DNA of 64,000 nucleotides, from positions 490,383 through 554,382 of the forward strand of contig JAUIBF010000001.1 in NCBI GenBank assembly GCA_030428125.1, given 5' to 3'. How positions within the stretch are numbered: the stretch's first letter is position 1; each line of letters starts with the position of its first letter. A program made the translations under genes and the position numbers. This stretch comes from a bacterium. Its GTDB lineage: Bacteria; Patescibacteriota; Saccharimonadia; Saccharimonadales; SZUA-47. Below, piece by piece: positions 1 through 10,299 of this stretch. Under the pieces are notes generated by a model. The model made no database searches, had not been told where the DNA came from, and worked only from the letters and a program-made list of their open reading frames with translations.

Positions 1-29
1 CTTACGGGTTTCATTTACTTAAATTCTTC

Positions 30-965
30 TTAGTTATTTAATAACTTCTTAATAGATTTCGGTACGAACGGATCTGCCTCCTTTTTAGAAGCCAGGATAC
101 TGGGTGCATGGTTGGGTATTACTGCAACATGCTCCGTAAAGTTATTGTATATAACTCTTAAGTGTTGCTCAACTATAGCGTGATCAAAGTATTGGTCATT
201 GTCCACCGATATGTGATGTACGGGTAAATTAACTTGTTTTTTACAGTTATCCAGCGTGAGCATTGCGTGTGACGTTTCCATATATGTTCGAATTTCATTA
301 TCACGCCACAGCATTACCTCGAATTCTATAGCGGCCTTTTTTTCTTCTGGCGTTAGGTTCGCGAGTTTTTTCTTTGCGTTATGAGTCTTGGAGTACGTGG
401 CGCGAATAACTGAAGGGTGCAGACAGACATTGTAAAAGAATTTTGATGTGAGCCTTCCGGAAAAAAACTTAGCGAACGATCTGTAAAACGTGTATCTAGG
501 CTTGGAGAAAGTTAAATCATATTTGTGAGAAAAGCCTACAACAGACACAACCAAATCCACTTTTCTTACAAGCTCAGGATAGCGCTGTAGCATACGGGTA
601 ATCATCACAAAGCCTAGCGACATTCCCACTATGGTAACTTTTTTACCACGATACTTAAGCTTAACGAATGACGCTAGATAATCTGCAAAATTATCGAGAG
701 TTGGCTTCATGCCGATTTTATAAAAGCTATCCATACCACCGAATCCTGGTAGGTCGGGCATTGTTACTGCTCCGTATTCGTTCAGGGCTTCGGCGATGCC
801 GTACATGCGCTCAAGGCTTGAGTGGTGTCCGTAAACTAAGAGTATCTCTCGTTTTTTATTTTTAGGAGCTGACATCCGCAACATTCGTCCATTTAAGCCA
901 TTCATGTTCAATGGCTTGATGTCCTTCTGCATAGGAATTAAAACTGAGTCGTATGCCTTACTCAT
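30..965 (-). CDS. alpha/beta-fold hydrolase
   Basis: 311-aa ORF; nucleophile elbow G-M-S-L-G (IVGMSLGF), LLVYGHHSS oxyanion-type region, PDLPGFGG loop typical of alpha/beta hydrolases. Confidence 0.7.
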   Translation of the reverse strand: MSKAYDSVLIPMQKDIKPLNMNGLNGRMLRMSAPKNKKREILLVYGHHSSLERMYGIAEALNEYGAVTMPDLPGFGGMDSFYKIGMKPTLDNFADYLASFVKLKYRGKKVTIVGMSLGFVMITRMLQRYPELVRKVDLVVSVVGFSHKYDLTFSKPRYTFYRSFAKFFSGRLTSKFFYNVCLHPSVIRATYSKTHNAKKKLANLTPEEKKAAIEFEVMLWRDNEIRTYMETSHAMLTLDNCKKQVNLPVHHISVDNDQYFDHAIVEQHLRVIYNNFTEHVAVIPNHAPSILASKKEADPFVPKSIKKLLNN

Positions 966-1082
966 CCGGTAAAATCAGCTTGCTGTATTGTTTTCATTGA
1001 TATTCTGTAACAGAGAGTCTCTACTTATGTGAGACTCAATTTGTTTACCTAACTTTAACTTATTTTTGCAATTTCAGCAAGC

Positions 1083-1979
1083 CTACTCAGCGTAGAGTAC
1101 CTCTGTTCCAACCCAAACATACTCCCAGGCTTCGGGGTTAGGGCCCTGCAAGTCCGCATCAGGTGGATAGCTTGGTATAAAGCCATGTTCCTTAGCAACC
1201 CTATAGTTATCGTTGGACATCCAGTCAAAACATGGAGAATTTCTGAAGTTTTCAAAGGCATATCCTGCACAAACAAAATCTAGAGTGTAGCCAGTATGAT
1301 GCTTAGAATACCCTGGTGCAGCTGTAGTTTTAAGTGTCTCGTCGATTTCATCATCAGCTAAACCGTTAGCGATATCAGCATAACTCACACCCAATGCCGT
1401 CAGGCGACTAGTAAATAGTTGCCTCTGCGCTTCTACGGAACGGTATGCTGATGTAATCGACATGCTTAATCCTGCTTGAGCTGATTCTTGCTTTAGTTCT
1501 CTCCACGACATTGATACGCTTGGTTGCATTAAATAACCGTCAACGTACGGCAGGGCTGACGTAGGACTACTTCGCAGTCTATAGCCTCTTGCTTCTGCAA
1601 TTTGTCTGATTCTAGTGTCCGCTATATCGTTACCGGTGATGGCAGGAGGTGTGTCGACTTTATCCAGATTAGGTTGAAGTAGTTGGTCATAAAAAATCCT
1701 GAACTCGTTACCACTAAACTCTTGCAAACCAGGGGTAGCTTGCGTGGGCGAATTATTTTCATCTTGATTGCTGGCTACTGTCGGATCTTCAGATATTGGA
1801 GCTTCGGAATTATTCGATAAAAATAAGAAAAACCCGACGAACATCATAACGCCGACAGCAAGAATAAAAACAGGGCGCTTAAATCTGCTTTTTGGCTTCT
1901 GTTTTTGCTCAGAAACAGAGTTAGTCCTTTTTGGTTCCACAATCCTCATACGCTTACACCTATAGTACAACAAAAACAC
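1083..1979 (-). CDS. VanY / peptidase M15B-like D-alanyl-D-alanine carboxypeptidase, membrane anchored
   Basis: SAYRSVEAQ, SKHHTGYTLDF (H..D zinc ligands) and EAWEYVWVG motifs match the VanY family pattern; N-terminal TM segment; true start may be the internal MRIVEPK. Confidence 0.7.
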   Translation of the reverse strand: MFLLYYRCKRMRIVEPKRTNSVSEQKQKPKSRFKRPVFILAVGVMMFVGFFLFLSNNSEAPISEDPTVASNQDENNSPTQATPGLQEFSGNEFRIFYDQLLQPNLDKVDTPPAITGNDIADTRIRQIAEARGYRLRSSPTSALPYVDGYLMQPSVSMSWRELKQESAQAGLSMSITSAYRSVEAQRQLFTSRLTALGVSYADIANGLADDEIDETLKTTAAPGYSKHHTGYTLDFVCAGYAFENFRNSPCFDWMSNDNYRVAKEHGFIPSYPPDADLQGPNPEAWEYVWVGTEVLYAE

Positions 1980-2021
1980 CTGAAAGGTTTTATCCCAATC
2001 AGGTGTTTTGTAGTTTTTATC

Positions 2022-5000
2022 TTAAGCTTCTGAGTTCTGACTATTTCGATATAAGCTGTAGGCAATTACTGCAACAATCAGTAATACTAGCACCCACAAC
2101 CACCAATTACTTGAGTCAGATTTTTCGTCTTCATCTGCAACAGCAGATTCAGAAGTATTCTCGTCAACTGCTTGAGCTACCTGAGGTTCAGATTCTATTT
2201 CTTCAGGTTCTTCATTTTCACTCGCAACAGCAACATTCTGAGAAGTACCACTAAAGCTGGTCGCTACAATTACACTGTTTCCTTCATTTTGCTGACCACC
2301 TATTGGCTCGTCTTTTTCTGCTTCGCTGCTTGGGTTGCTTCCACTGTCCGTACTTACACCGGCAACCGTTCCCGAGTCAGTGACTTCAAAGGTCGTTGTC
2401 TCGACTGCGACATTACCCGCTGAATCAGTCGCCGTTGCTGTAACGTTATGAATTCCCACGGCAAACCCACTAAAATCTATACTCCAATTACCGAGAAGAT
2501 CTACGAACGCATCACCAAATTTAGAGTCGCTATTTACTTCAACATATACTGTAGTCCCTGGTTCAGTTGTGCCTGAAATCGTCCTGAATGTATCAGGGTT
2601 TGATGCAACAGTACTTATAGTAAACGGCAAAGGCGCAGTTGTATCTACTTCTACGTCAACATAGTGATACTTCCAGTTTCCAGCATTATCAAAGGCTTGA
2701 ATTCTTAGTCTATAGAACCCATCTTCTAGACCATAGACTTCGTAAGTGAATGTCTCCGATACCGAGTTGTAAACTGCTGTTCCATCAGCAATATTTGCTA
2801 CATATACACCACCAAGTGCAGTAATCTCATTAACTCTATACTCGATTCTATCTATACCACTGGTTGCATCACTGACTAAGCCCTCAACTGTTATATCTGG
2901 TGAGCTCAGAAGTGAGTTGTCTGTTGGTGATGTTATTTCAGCAATTGGTTTTGTGTTATCTATTGCAAACTGCCTGGAAATAGTTTTGTTATTACCAGCC
3001 ATATCCGTAGTCCCTGCTCGTAGCGTGTAAGTGCCGTCTGCGTGCAGTGTAGTGTCAAGTGTACAGCTAAATTCATATGTACTTAGTCCACCTACAGAAC
3101 TGTTGGATCCGCAGCTTTTAATTAGCGGGTTTGTGTTTGTCTCATTATAAAGATTGATCGCCACCGTTTTAATCCCCGAACCACCAAGCGAGTCAGCTAA
3201 AACTTTTGCTTCCGTGTCTCCTGACACAAACTCACCATCGTTTGGCGTAATAAAGCTTAGTCCAGGTCGCGTATTGTCAACCTGTACGTCAACATAGTGG
3301 TACTTCCAGTTTCCAGCATTATCAAAGGCCTGAACCTTCAGTCTGTAAAAACCATCCGTCAGCCCATTAACCTCAAAATCGAAGCTACCTGAGCCATAAT
3401 TTGCTGTTCCGCTATCAACGCTAGACACATAACTACCACCAAGCGCATTAATCTGTGTAACTGTATAGTCAACTCTATCTATATCGCTTGTTGCATCTGA
3501 GGCTGTACCTTCAATTGTAAATGTGCCTTTATGCGCTGAATTGTTAACCGGAAATGTTATTTGCGTGTTAGGTTTTGTGTTATCAAATATCACTCTTCGC
3601 GAAATGGTTTTGTTATTGCCCGAAACATCAGTTGCTCCAGCTCTTAGGTAATAGTAGCCGTCAGTAAATGAAGTTGTATCAATCGTGCAATCAAGTACGT
3701 ATGAGTCGGTATTTAGACCACTGATTGTCCCACAACTTCCTAGATGGGCTGAATTATTTTCGTCTTTTATATTTACTGTTACTGCGTTGAGCAGGTTATT
3801 GTCGGTTGCTTCAAAGCTTATTGACGCATCTCCACTGAATGCTTGATCGTCAACACTTGGATTAATAAATCCAACTACAGGTTTTGAAACATCTGGCTCG
3901 AAATCGTAGGTAGTAACATCGCTAATGTTTTTTAGCACTACATTATCAAAATATCCGTCTAACCCCGCATCGGTTGCGTTCGTATCGCCCATGTTAATTG
4001 CAAACATTCTAATTGTCGCTCCTGCACCCATGTCAGCAGGCACAGAAGGACATGATGCTGGGTGTGGAGTATTCCACGTTTGAGTTGCCTTAGTCACCGG
4101 ATAGCTTTGTGTCGGGTCAAATACTACTGTCGTCCAACCAGATGAGGTAGTAAGCACAACATCGTACTTACAGTCGTAGTATTTGTTATAAGCAGTTCCG
4201 TCGTAGTTAGCATAAACGTTTAGGTAAAATTCGTTCGCGTCAGAAACTTCGTCACCACCAGGCCCTACCATGAAGTCATAGCTAAAGCTTTCTAGTTCCG
4301 ATATATCTTGAAAGGCAAAGAACTCTCCGATAAATTTTTTCGCAGGCGTAGAGCTTAGTGGCTCAACATACAGACTTCCGTTACCGATGACAGCTTCGTC
4401 TGTGGTGAATTCGATTGGAGTTGTGTTGTTAGGGTCACGATTAAACAGCCATCCAGGATAGTTTTCATCGGCAGCAGTGTCACCATAAATGTCAACTTCT
4501 GTTTCTGCTCTAGGTGGCAATCCGTTCAAAATAGTATCGTCAACAGCTAAACCATCAAAGTCATTCGTAACAAACCATAAGTATCTGTGGCCACCAACAG
4601 TTGCTCCAATTAAGTCAGAAGCGTCTGTCCTATTCCAGGACCCTATAACGTTACTCGACTGGTCGACTACAGATATATCTACAGAAAGCTGACCACTTAC
4701 GTTATTGAACTCAAAAATAAAGTCATACCAACCGGTTGTAGTTAGTGCAACATTCCCTGAGCCACACGGATGTCCTGGAGCATTATTTGTAGCATTAACA
4801 CACCACTCACCAGCAACAGAAGGGTTAGTGCCTGCGTGAGCGATAAAGTCTCTGCGATGAGAACCCGCAGTGTTGTTTACGGCAGAAGACAAGTCAAATC
4901 TTAAATCCGACACACCATCAGCTAGAGTCGTGTCTATATAAACCGATTGCGAAACTGTGTATCCACCAAAAGGAAACACGCTTTCATAACCTCCTAGCTG

Positions 5001-5360
5001 ATTGTACGGCCCCATTCTTTTACCAGCGTAAGTACCACTGGCTACAACGTCTCCTTCACCTAGCAAGGCGTGATTAGCGCCAGAATTACTGACTATTCCG
5101 TTTGTACCAGAAGCAACCTGAGTGATCGTGCTTCCTAAGTAGTCTGTCCATCCTGAAGTATCAACTTCAAAGTCGTTACTGTAGCTCGTGGCTGCATCTA
5201 CTCTATTGTTAAATAGGGCAGGCAAGGCAAACGTCAGGCCCTGCAATATTAAAATAGCGCTCAGTACTATAGCGCTTATATTTCTTATATCCCACCACGA
5301 TTTATACTCGTTCAATTTATACACTAAAACTCTCCCGCAACTTTTATTTCTCTCTACCAC
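2022..5360 (-). CDS. giant cell-surface protein with Ig-like repeat modules, N-terminal signal/anchor and C-terminal TM anchor
   Basis: 1112-aa uninterrupted ORF; hydrophobic segment at aa 28-50; two tandem ~207-aa modules; acidic linker then WWLWVLVLLIVAVIAYSLY anchor at C-terminus. Confidence 0.8.
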   Translation of the reverse strand: MVERNKSCGRVLVYKLNEYKSWWDIRNISAIVLSAILILQGLTFALPALFNNRVDAATSYSNDFEVDTSGWTDYLGSTITQVASGTNGIVSNSGANHALLGEGDVVASGTYAGKRMGPYNQLGGYESVFPFGGYTVSQSVYIDTTLADGVSDLRFDLSSAVNNTAGSHRRDFIAHAGTNPSVAGEWCVNATNNAPGHPCGSGNVALTTTGWYDFIFEFNNVSGQLSVDISVVDQSSNVIGSWNRTDASDLIGATVGGHRYLWFVTNDFDGLAVDDTILNGLPPRAETEVDIYGDTAADENYPGWLFNRDPNNTTPIEFTTDEAVIGNGSLYVEPLSSTPAKKFIGEFFAFQDISELESFSYDFMVGPGGDEVSDANEFYLNVYANYDGTAYNKYYDCKYDVVLTTSSGWTTVVFDPTQSYPVTKATQTWNTPHPASCPSVPADMGAGATIRMFAINMGDTNATDAGLDGYFDNVVLKNISDVTTYDFEPDVSKPVVGFINPSVDDQAFSGDASISFEATDNNLLNAVTVNIKDENNSAHLGSCGTISGLNTDSYVLDCTIDTTSFTDGYYYLRAGATDVSGNNKTISRRVIFDNTKPNTQITFPVNNSAHKGTFTIEGTASDATSDIDRVDYTVTQINALGGSYVSSVDSGTANYGSGSFDFEVNGLTDGFYRLKVQAFDNAGNWKYHYVDVQVDNTRPGLSFITPNDGEFVSGDTEAKVLADSLGGSGIKTVAINLYNETNTNPLIKSCGSNSSVGGLSTYEFSCTLDTTLHADGTYTLRAGTTDMAGNNKTISRQFAIDNTKPIAEITSPTDNSLLSSPDITVEGLVSDATSGIDRIEYRVNEITALGGVYVANIADGTAVYNSVSETFTYEVYGLEDGFYRLRIQAFDNAGNWKYHYVDVEVDTTAPLPFTISTVASNPDTFRTISGTTEPGTTVYVEVNSDSKFGDAFVDLLGNWSIDFSGFAVGIHNVTATATDSAGNVAVETTTFEVTDSGTVAGVSTDSGSNPSSEAEKDEPIGGQQNEGNSVIVATSFSGTSQNVAVASENEEPEEIESEPQVAQAVDENTSESAVADEDEKSDSSNWWLWVLVLLIVAVIAYSLYRNSQNSEA
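2634..3884 (-). repeat. intragenic tandem duplication (2 x ~620 bp) encoding two ~207-aa modules
   Basis: aa 493-699 and 700-909 align throughout (e.g. FYRLKVQAFDNAGNWKYHYVDVQVD vs FYRLRIQAFDNAGNWKYHYVDVEVD); near-identical DNA stretch acgtcaacatagtgRtacttccagtttccagcattatcaaagg at ~2663 and ~3283. Confidence 0.9.
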
Positions 5361-5420
5361 ATACTATACGCGTATTACCTTAAGTCGTCAAAGAATTTAA
5401 CCTGTAAAGTTTAGCGAATT

Positions 5421-6062
5421 CTACTTTTCTAGAACCGAAAATGAATGGTCCCAGGTTTTGTTCAAAACTCCATATTCAATCCACAAAAGACATAAAGGTT
5501 CCAGGAGTCTGCTTTTTTCAATGCCTCCGATATCCTGTATGTTACTCCAGCCCATCTCGCTCAACATATCACTAATGTGGTTTTTTGCCGACTGGTTGTT
5601 GCCACACATGAACATAACTGGGCTGCCATCTTTGTATTTTGGCTTAACCATATTTTTGTAATTTATAGTATTGAGCGTTTTAACAACGTGGCTATCAGCT
5701 AAAGTCTGCTGCACCAACTCACCAGCACTTATATCATGTCCGAATACCAATTCTGGGGTTCCATTTTCGTCATAAGTTAGCGGATTTGTCACATCTACGA
5801 CAATTTTTCCAGACAGCTCAGGACGAATTATCGCAAGGACGTTCTCTGCTGCGTGCCAAGCAACTGCAAGTATGGCTATTTCACCGAAATCAGCAGCTTC
5901 GGCAAACGAACCGAGTTGTAGCTTGCTTTTATGCTTTTTTACCCACTTCAAATCCTTTTTACTAGTGTCACGAGTTCCAATCATCACTTTGTGGTTTAGA
6001 TTTACTAAACCCTTGGCTAGTGCTTGCCCAACGTCGCCGGAACCTATAATCGCTATTTTCAT
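5421..6062 (-). CDS. NADP oxidoreductase, F420-dependent/ProC-like family
   Basis: N-terminal Rossmann motif MKIAIIGSGDVGQALAKGL and overall ~210-aa size typical of NADPH-dependent F420 reductase-like proteins. Confidence 0.6.
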   Translation of the reverse strand: MKIAIIGSGDVGQALAKGLVNLNHKVMIGTRDTSKKDLKWVKKHKSKLQLGSFAEAADFGEIAILAVAWHAAENVLAIIRPELSGKIVVDVTNPLTYDENGTPELVFGHDISAGELVQQTLADSHVVKTLNTINYKNMVKPKYKDGSPVMFMCGNNQSAKNHISDMLSEMGWSNIQDIGGIEKSRLLEPLCLLWIEYGVLNKTWDHSFSVLEK

Positions 6063-7207
6063 AACCCTATCTTACGATACTTTTTAGACTTACGCCTAGT
6101 TCTAGCTTTTTTCTTAGTCTCACTAGTTTGAATTGGCGCCTTTTTAGGATTAACTTTTTTTCTTTTACCGGACTTTTTAGGCGTACTAGAAGATAAGCCG
6201 GCCTTTTTAGCTACCTCTGCGTAGATATTCTCAGGACGGCTCATTTTTTCAATGATTAGTACGGTTGCGCCTACAGAAACCAAGACGATTGAAATGTTTA
6301 TAACCACTATGTCTAAGTTCTGTAAAAACTCTTCTATTACGTTATTAAAAAGTCTAGGCAAACCTTCGCCCTGTACCGAAAATGTGTCCGTAAAATGAGG
6401 TAACACAAACCCGAAAACCAAAGTTAGAAGTGCGATAAATACTGCAGTAGTGACCATATCACTACCAATTCTCTTAACTCCACGTCTCCTGGATCTGTGC
6501 AGTAAAATAAACAGAATTCCTGATATAAAAATTACCAAGATACAAATTACAGGCAATAAACGAGTTGCCCTATAAGTCTCTGGCAGAAATTCTAAATCGT
6601 CTTTTTGGTCTTCGCTGCTGAAAATTGTCTCGTCGCTCAAAACAGGATTGTTCAAGAAATCCTGTTGCATCAAATCATCCTTAGAATATTGTCTGATTAA
6701 TTCTGCGCTCGACCCGGAAGGCTGACAGGTTAAATTAAATACCGTTGCACTTACATTATCTATTGCCGTGCAGGGTGGTAGTGATTCGTACTTATTTACT
6801 GCGTACGCACTCATTCCTTCGATGAATTTATCTACTTGGGCACTAAAGTTAATCTCGAACTCAAGTTCATCTTTTGAACCCTCAACCCAGTCATATACAC
6901 TGTCCAGCACATGATCGCCAGCTGACTTTAAAACTTTACTATCAAAAGATTCATTAGCAATTTTAATTACCTCTGGATCATCAAAGGGAAGTGAATTAGG
7001 CTCACCCTGAGATTCATTAGCGGCTGTCAGCACGAAAGCATCAACAAACTCATCATACACACCAGAGTCGTCGATTACTGCCTTGGTGCTATTTCGGTCG
7101 CCTAGCAGTAGCACTAGGCTGACTGTAGATATTAAAAAGATTATCGACAAATGAAATATGAAAAAGAAAAGCCAGCGACCAAATGCTTTTAAGGTATACA
7201 TAAGCAC
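6059..7207 (-). CDS. membrane protein with extremely basic C-terminal tail
   Basis: 382-aa ORF, 4-nt ATGA overlap with downstream gene; several TM segments; last ~50 aa Lys/Arg rich (KKSGKRKKVNPKK...KKKARTRRKSKKYRK). Confidence 0.5.
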   Translation of the reverse strand: MLMYTLKAFGRWLFFFIFHLSIIFLISTVSLVLLLGDRNSTKAVIDDSGVYDEFVDAFVLTAANESQGEPNSLPFDDPEVIKIANESFDSKVLKSAGDHVLDSVYDWVEGSKDELEFEINFSAQVDKFIEGMSAYAVNKYESLPPCTAIDNVSATVFNLTCQPSGSSAELIRQYSKDDLMQQDFLNNPVLSDETIFSSEDQKDDLEFLPETYRATRLLPVICILVIFISGILFILLHRSRRRGVKRIGSDMVTTAVFIALLTLVFGFVLPHFTDTFSVQGEGLPRLFNNVIEEFLQNLDIVVINISIVLVSVGATVLIIEKMSRPENIYAEVAKKAGLSSSTPKKSGKRKKVNPKKAPIQTSETKKKARTRRKSKKYRKIGL

Positions 7208-7259
7208 ATTATTACATTTTCTGTACTTTGAGCCTATTTACATATAAGCTTATGGGGAT

Positions 7260-7976
7260 ATGGGTAAGTTTAAGCGGAATACATTTTACTGCTTCTCGGC
7301 TCCAGTAATGCTCGCAACATTCATTATTGAGTTTGCATTAGCTACGTATCTACTGCTTACCCGGAAGCAAAATGCAACGACTAAACTTAGCGTAACGATG
7401 CTTGTGCTATTAGGCACTTTTCAATTAGCTGAATACGGGATTTGTGAAGCTTGGGGATTTAGTTCTGATGCATGGGCCAAAATAGGTTTTGTAGCTATAA
7501 CATTCCTACCTCCTATCGGCCTACACCTAGTCCACACAATATCTAGGCAGAAAATAACTGCCATGGTGCCACTGGCTTATTGCTTCGCTGCAGTTTGGTC
7601 ACTGTTCTTCATTTTTGGCTCACTGCTACAAGGATCAGTATGTACCGGAAATTACATTATATTTAACATCCCTGAACCATTTGAAGGCCTGTACTACATG
7701 TACTACGACATTACGATTGCTATTTCGATTGCGCTTGCATACGCCTATTCCAAAAGGGCCGAAACCAAGAAGATCGTCAAAGCTCTACAGTGGTTCATTA
7801 TCGGATACCTGCTATTTATTATACCGTCGATAATCTTTGTCATGATTGATACATATCAAGGCGTTGATAGTCCTCTGCCATCAATCATGTGTGGCTTTGC
7901 GCTACTTATGGCATTAATTTTGACCTTCATTGTAGTTCCGAACTCCACAGAAAAGAAGCCTATCAAGAAAAAATAA
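7260..7976 (+). CDS. polytopic membrane protein, function unknown
   Basis: 238-aa ORF, about 7 hydrophobic segments, no catalytic motif recognised. Confidence 0.5.
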   Translation: MGKFKRNTFYCFSAPVMLATFIIEFALATYLLLTRKQNATTKLSVTMLVLLGTFQLAEYGICEAWGFSSDAWAKIGFVAITFLPPIGLHLVHTISRQKITAMVPLAYCFAAVWSLFFIFGSLLQGSVCTGNYIIFNIPEPFEGLYYMYYDITIAISIALAYAYSKRAETKKIVKALQWFIIGYLLFIIPSIIFVMIDTYQGVDSPLPSIMCGFALLMALILTFIVVPNSTEKKPIKKK

Positions 7977-8056
7977 TGTCACCCAAACTTCGTTGATATA
8001 GACTAAGTTTTGATATATTGTGTCCTCATAGACTAAATACGATTTGGAGAGGCACC

Positions 8057-10267
8057 TTGACTATAATTCTATATAAATTCGGAAAGCTACTAGCGCGACA
8101 CTCAGTAATAGTTTTTGTTTTGTTTGTGATCGGCGTAGCCTCGCTAATCTATTGGGCGAAGGATAGTCAATCCACGCTGCAGAATAGCTTGAACTTACCC
8201 GGCACTCAATCACAAGCAGCCCAAGATATATTAAATGAAAATTTTCCTCAAATCGCCGGCACCAGTTCAACAGTAGTTTTTCAAACTTCAGATGGCGATA
8301 TCACAGAATCGAATAAGCGCGCATATGTTGGTCAGGTTTTAAGCTCATTAAACAACCTCGATAACGTCGCAGCTGTTTCAAATCCGTATCAGGAAACAAA
8401 TGGCCAAACGCCAAATATTTCTAGTGACGGCACTACAGCGATTTCGACGATTAATTTACAGAACGGTCTAGAAGTAACTACGGAGGTTACAGACCAGCTA
8501 ACCGACACAGTAAATCAGTTTGCGTCCGAAGGACAATCAATAAATACTGTGGCTGTTGCGGGAGGTAACGCGTTTTTTGTTACTGCAAACTCCGGAACAA
8601 ATGATATAACCTCCGAAATTATTGGTGTAGCAGCTGCAATCGTAATCCTCTTGATTGCTTTCGGTTCAATTGTAGCTATGGGCTTACCTTTGGTTAACGC
8701 ATTTATTGGGTTAGCTCTTGGCATATCGATCGTTCACATAATTGCAAGTTGGGTCCAGATATCTTCGATCGGACCAACAATAGCAACGATGCTCGGTTTA
8801 GGCGTTGGTATTGATTACGCGCTATTTATTACAAACAGATACCGCGAAAACACTCAGAGTGGATATAAAAACGAGGAAGCTGTAGGTCGAGCGTTGGCGA
8901 CTGCAGGTCAGGCCGTCATTGTCGCGGGGCTTACAGTAATCATTTCACTGATGGGACTGGTACTTATTGACATACCTATTTTATCTTCAATTGCTTACGC
9001 AGGTGCAGTTTCAGTTGCAGTTGCAATAATGGTTTCTATCACAATTTTGCCAGCGTTTTTAAGTCTTACTTCAAGGTGGATCGAAAGATACAACATACAT
9101 CATTTGTTTGGTAGATCTGGCTTTAAGACAGAAATAGCAAAAGGGTGGGGCAAGACAATCACTAGACACTCTCTGCCGATCAGTGCATTTGCGTTGTTTA
9201 TACTTGCAATTTTAATCATACCAATTTTCAGTATAGAGCTTGGACCTCCTGGCGAAGACACGATACCACCTGACAACCCACAGCGTACCGTGTATAGCAT
9301 AATTGAAAACGAATTTGGCCCGGGCTTTAATGGACCGTTACTACTTGTCGAACAAATTCCTAGTGAGCAACCAGTTGCACAAACCCAGGAGTATTTACAA
9401 AAAATTTCAACAGCAGTATTGCAATCAGATGACGTTTTATCCATAAGCCCTCCTACATTCAACCAAGATAAAACTATTGCAGTTCAGGCTGTTATTCCGA
9501 AATCAGCACCGGATAGTGTTGACACTATAAACTTAGTTAATAGCTTGCAGGAAAATATACTGCCAAATGCCACATCTGATACTGGCATCCAAATTTACGT
9601 CGGTGGTTTTACGGCTACTTTTGTTGACATGTCTGAGAAGATCGCAGACCGTATGCCAATATTTATTGTTTCTGTTGTTTTAATGGCATTCATTCTTCTG
9701 GTGCTTGTTTTCAGGTCAATCTTCGTCCCCCTTATAGCAGCCCTGGTTCTATTGTTATCAGCTTCGGCTACATTTGGAGTGTTGGTAGCTGTATTCCAGT
9801 GGGGCTGGGGAGGTGAGCTAATTGGATTAGATTCTACAGGACCTTTGGTGTCGTATGTCCCAATTATGGTATTCGCTATCCTGTTCGGCCTAACAATGGA
9901 CTATGAGATTTTTCTAGTCTCGCGCATTAAGGAATCTTTTCTAGAAAATTCTGACAACAAAAAATCTATCGTTGGAGGAATTAGTAAGTCCTCTAGAATA
10001 ATAATCGCGGCAGCATTGATAATGTTTGCTGTATTTTCATCATTTAATTCGCAGGTAAATGTTGTTGTTAAGATGTTTGGAACCGGTCTTGCGGCTGCGA
10101 TTATAATCGATGTATTTCTCTCGAGGATGATACTGGTCCCAGCCATTATGAAGATGGGCAACAAACTAACATGGTGGTTTCCGAAATGGCTAGAATGGTT
10201 GCCAAACCTACATTTTGAAGAAAGTTCAGTTATAGACAGTTATAATAAGCAAACTAGATCAAAATAA
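8057..10267 (+). CDS. MMPL-family (RND superfamily) membrane transporter
   Basis: ~736 aa with two 6-TM bundles separated by large extracytoplasmic loops; DYALFI / DYEIFLVSRI motifs typical of MMPL. I prefer the TTG at 8057 because GGAGAGG lies 5 nt upstream; the ORF track starts at TTG 8018. Confidence 0.8.
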   Translation: MTIILYKFGKLLARHSVIVFVLFVIGVASLIYWAKDSQSTLQNSLNLPGTQSQAAQDILNENFPQIAGTSSTVVFQTSDGDITESNKRAYVGQVLSSLNNLDNVAAVSNPYQETNGQTPNISSDGTTAISTINLQNGLEVTTEVTDQLTDTVNQFASEGQSINTVAVAGGNAFFVTANSGTNDITSEIIGVAAAIVILLIAFGSIVAMGLPLVNAFIGLALGISIVHIIASWVQISSIGPTIATMLGLGVGIDYALFITNRYRENTQSGYKNEEAVGRALATAGQAVIVAGLTVIISLMGLVLIDIPILSSIAYAGAVSVAVAIMVSITILPAFLSLTSRWIERYNIHHLFGRSGFKTEIAKGWGKTITRHSLPISAFALFILAILIIPIFSIELGPPGEDTIPPDNPQRTVYSIIENEFGPGFNGPLLLVEQIPSEQPVAQTQEYLQKISTAVLQSDDVLSISPPTFNQDKTIAVQAVIPKSAPDSVDTINLVNSLQENILPNATSDTGIQIYVGGFTATFVDMSEKIADRMPIFIVSVVLMAFILLVLVFRSIFVPLIAALVLLLSASATFGVLVAVFQWGWGGELIGLDSTGPLVSYVPIMVFAILFGLTMDYEIFLVSRIKESFLENSDNKKSIVGGISKSSRIIIAAALIMFAVFSSFNSQVNVVVKMFGTGLAAAIIIDVFLSRMILVPAIMKMGNKLTWWFPKWLEWLPNLHFEESSVIDSYNKQTRSK

Positions 10268-10299
10268 TACTGTGCTGCAGTTGCTATAATTAATGGGTA

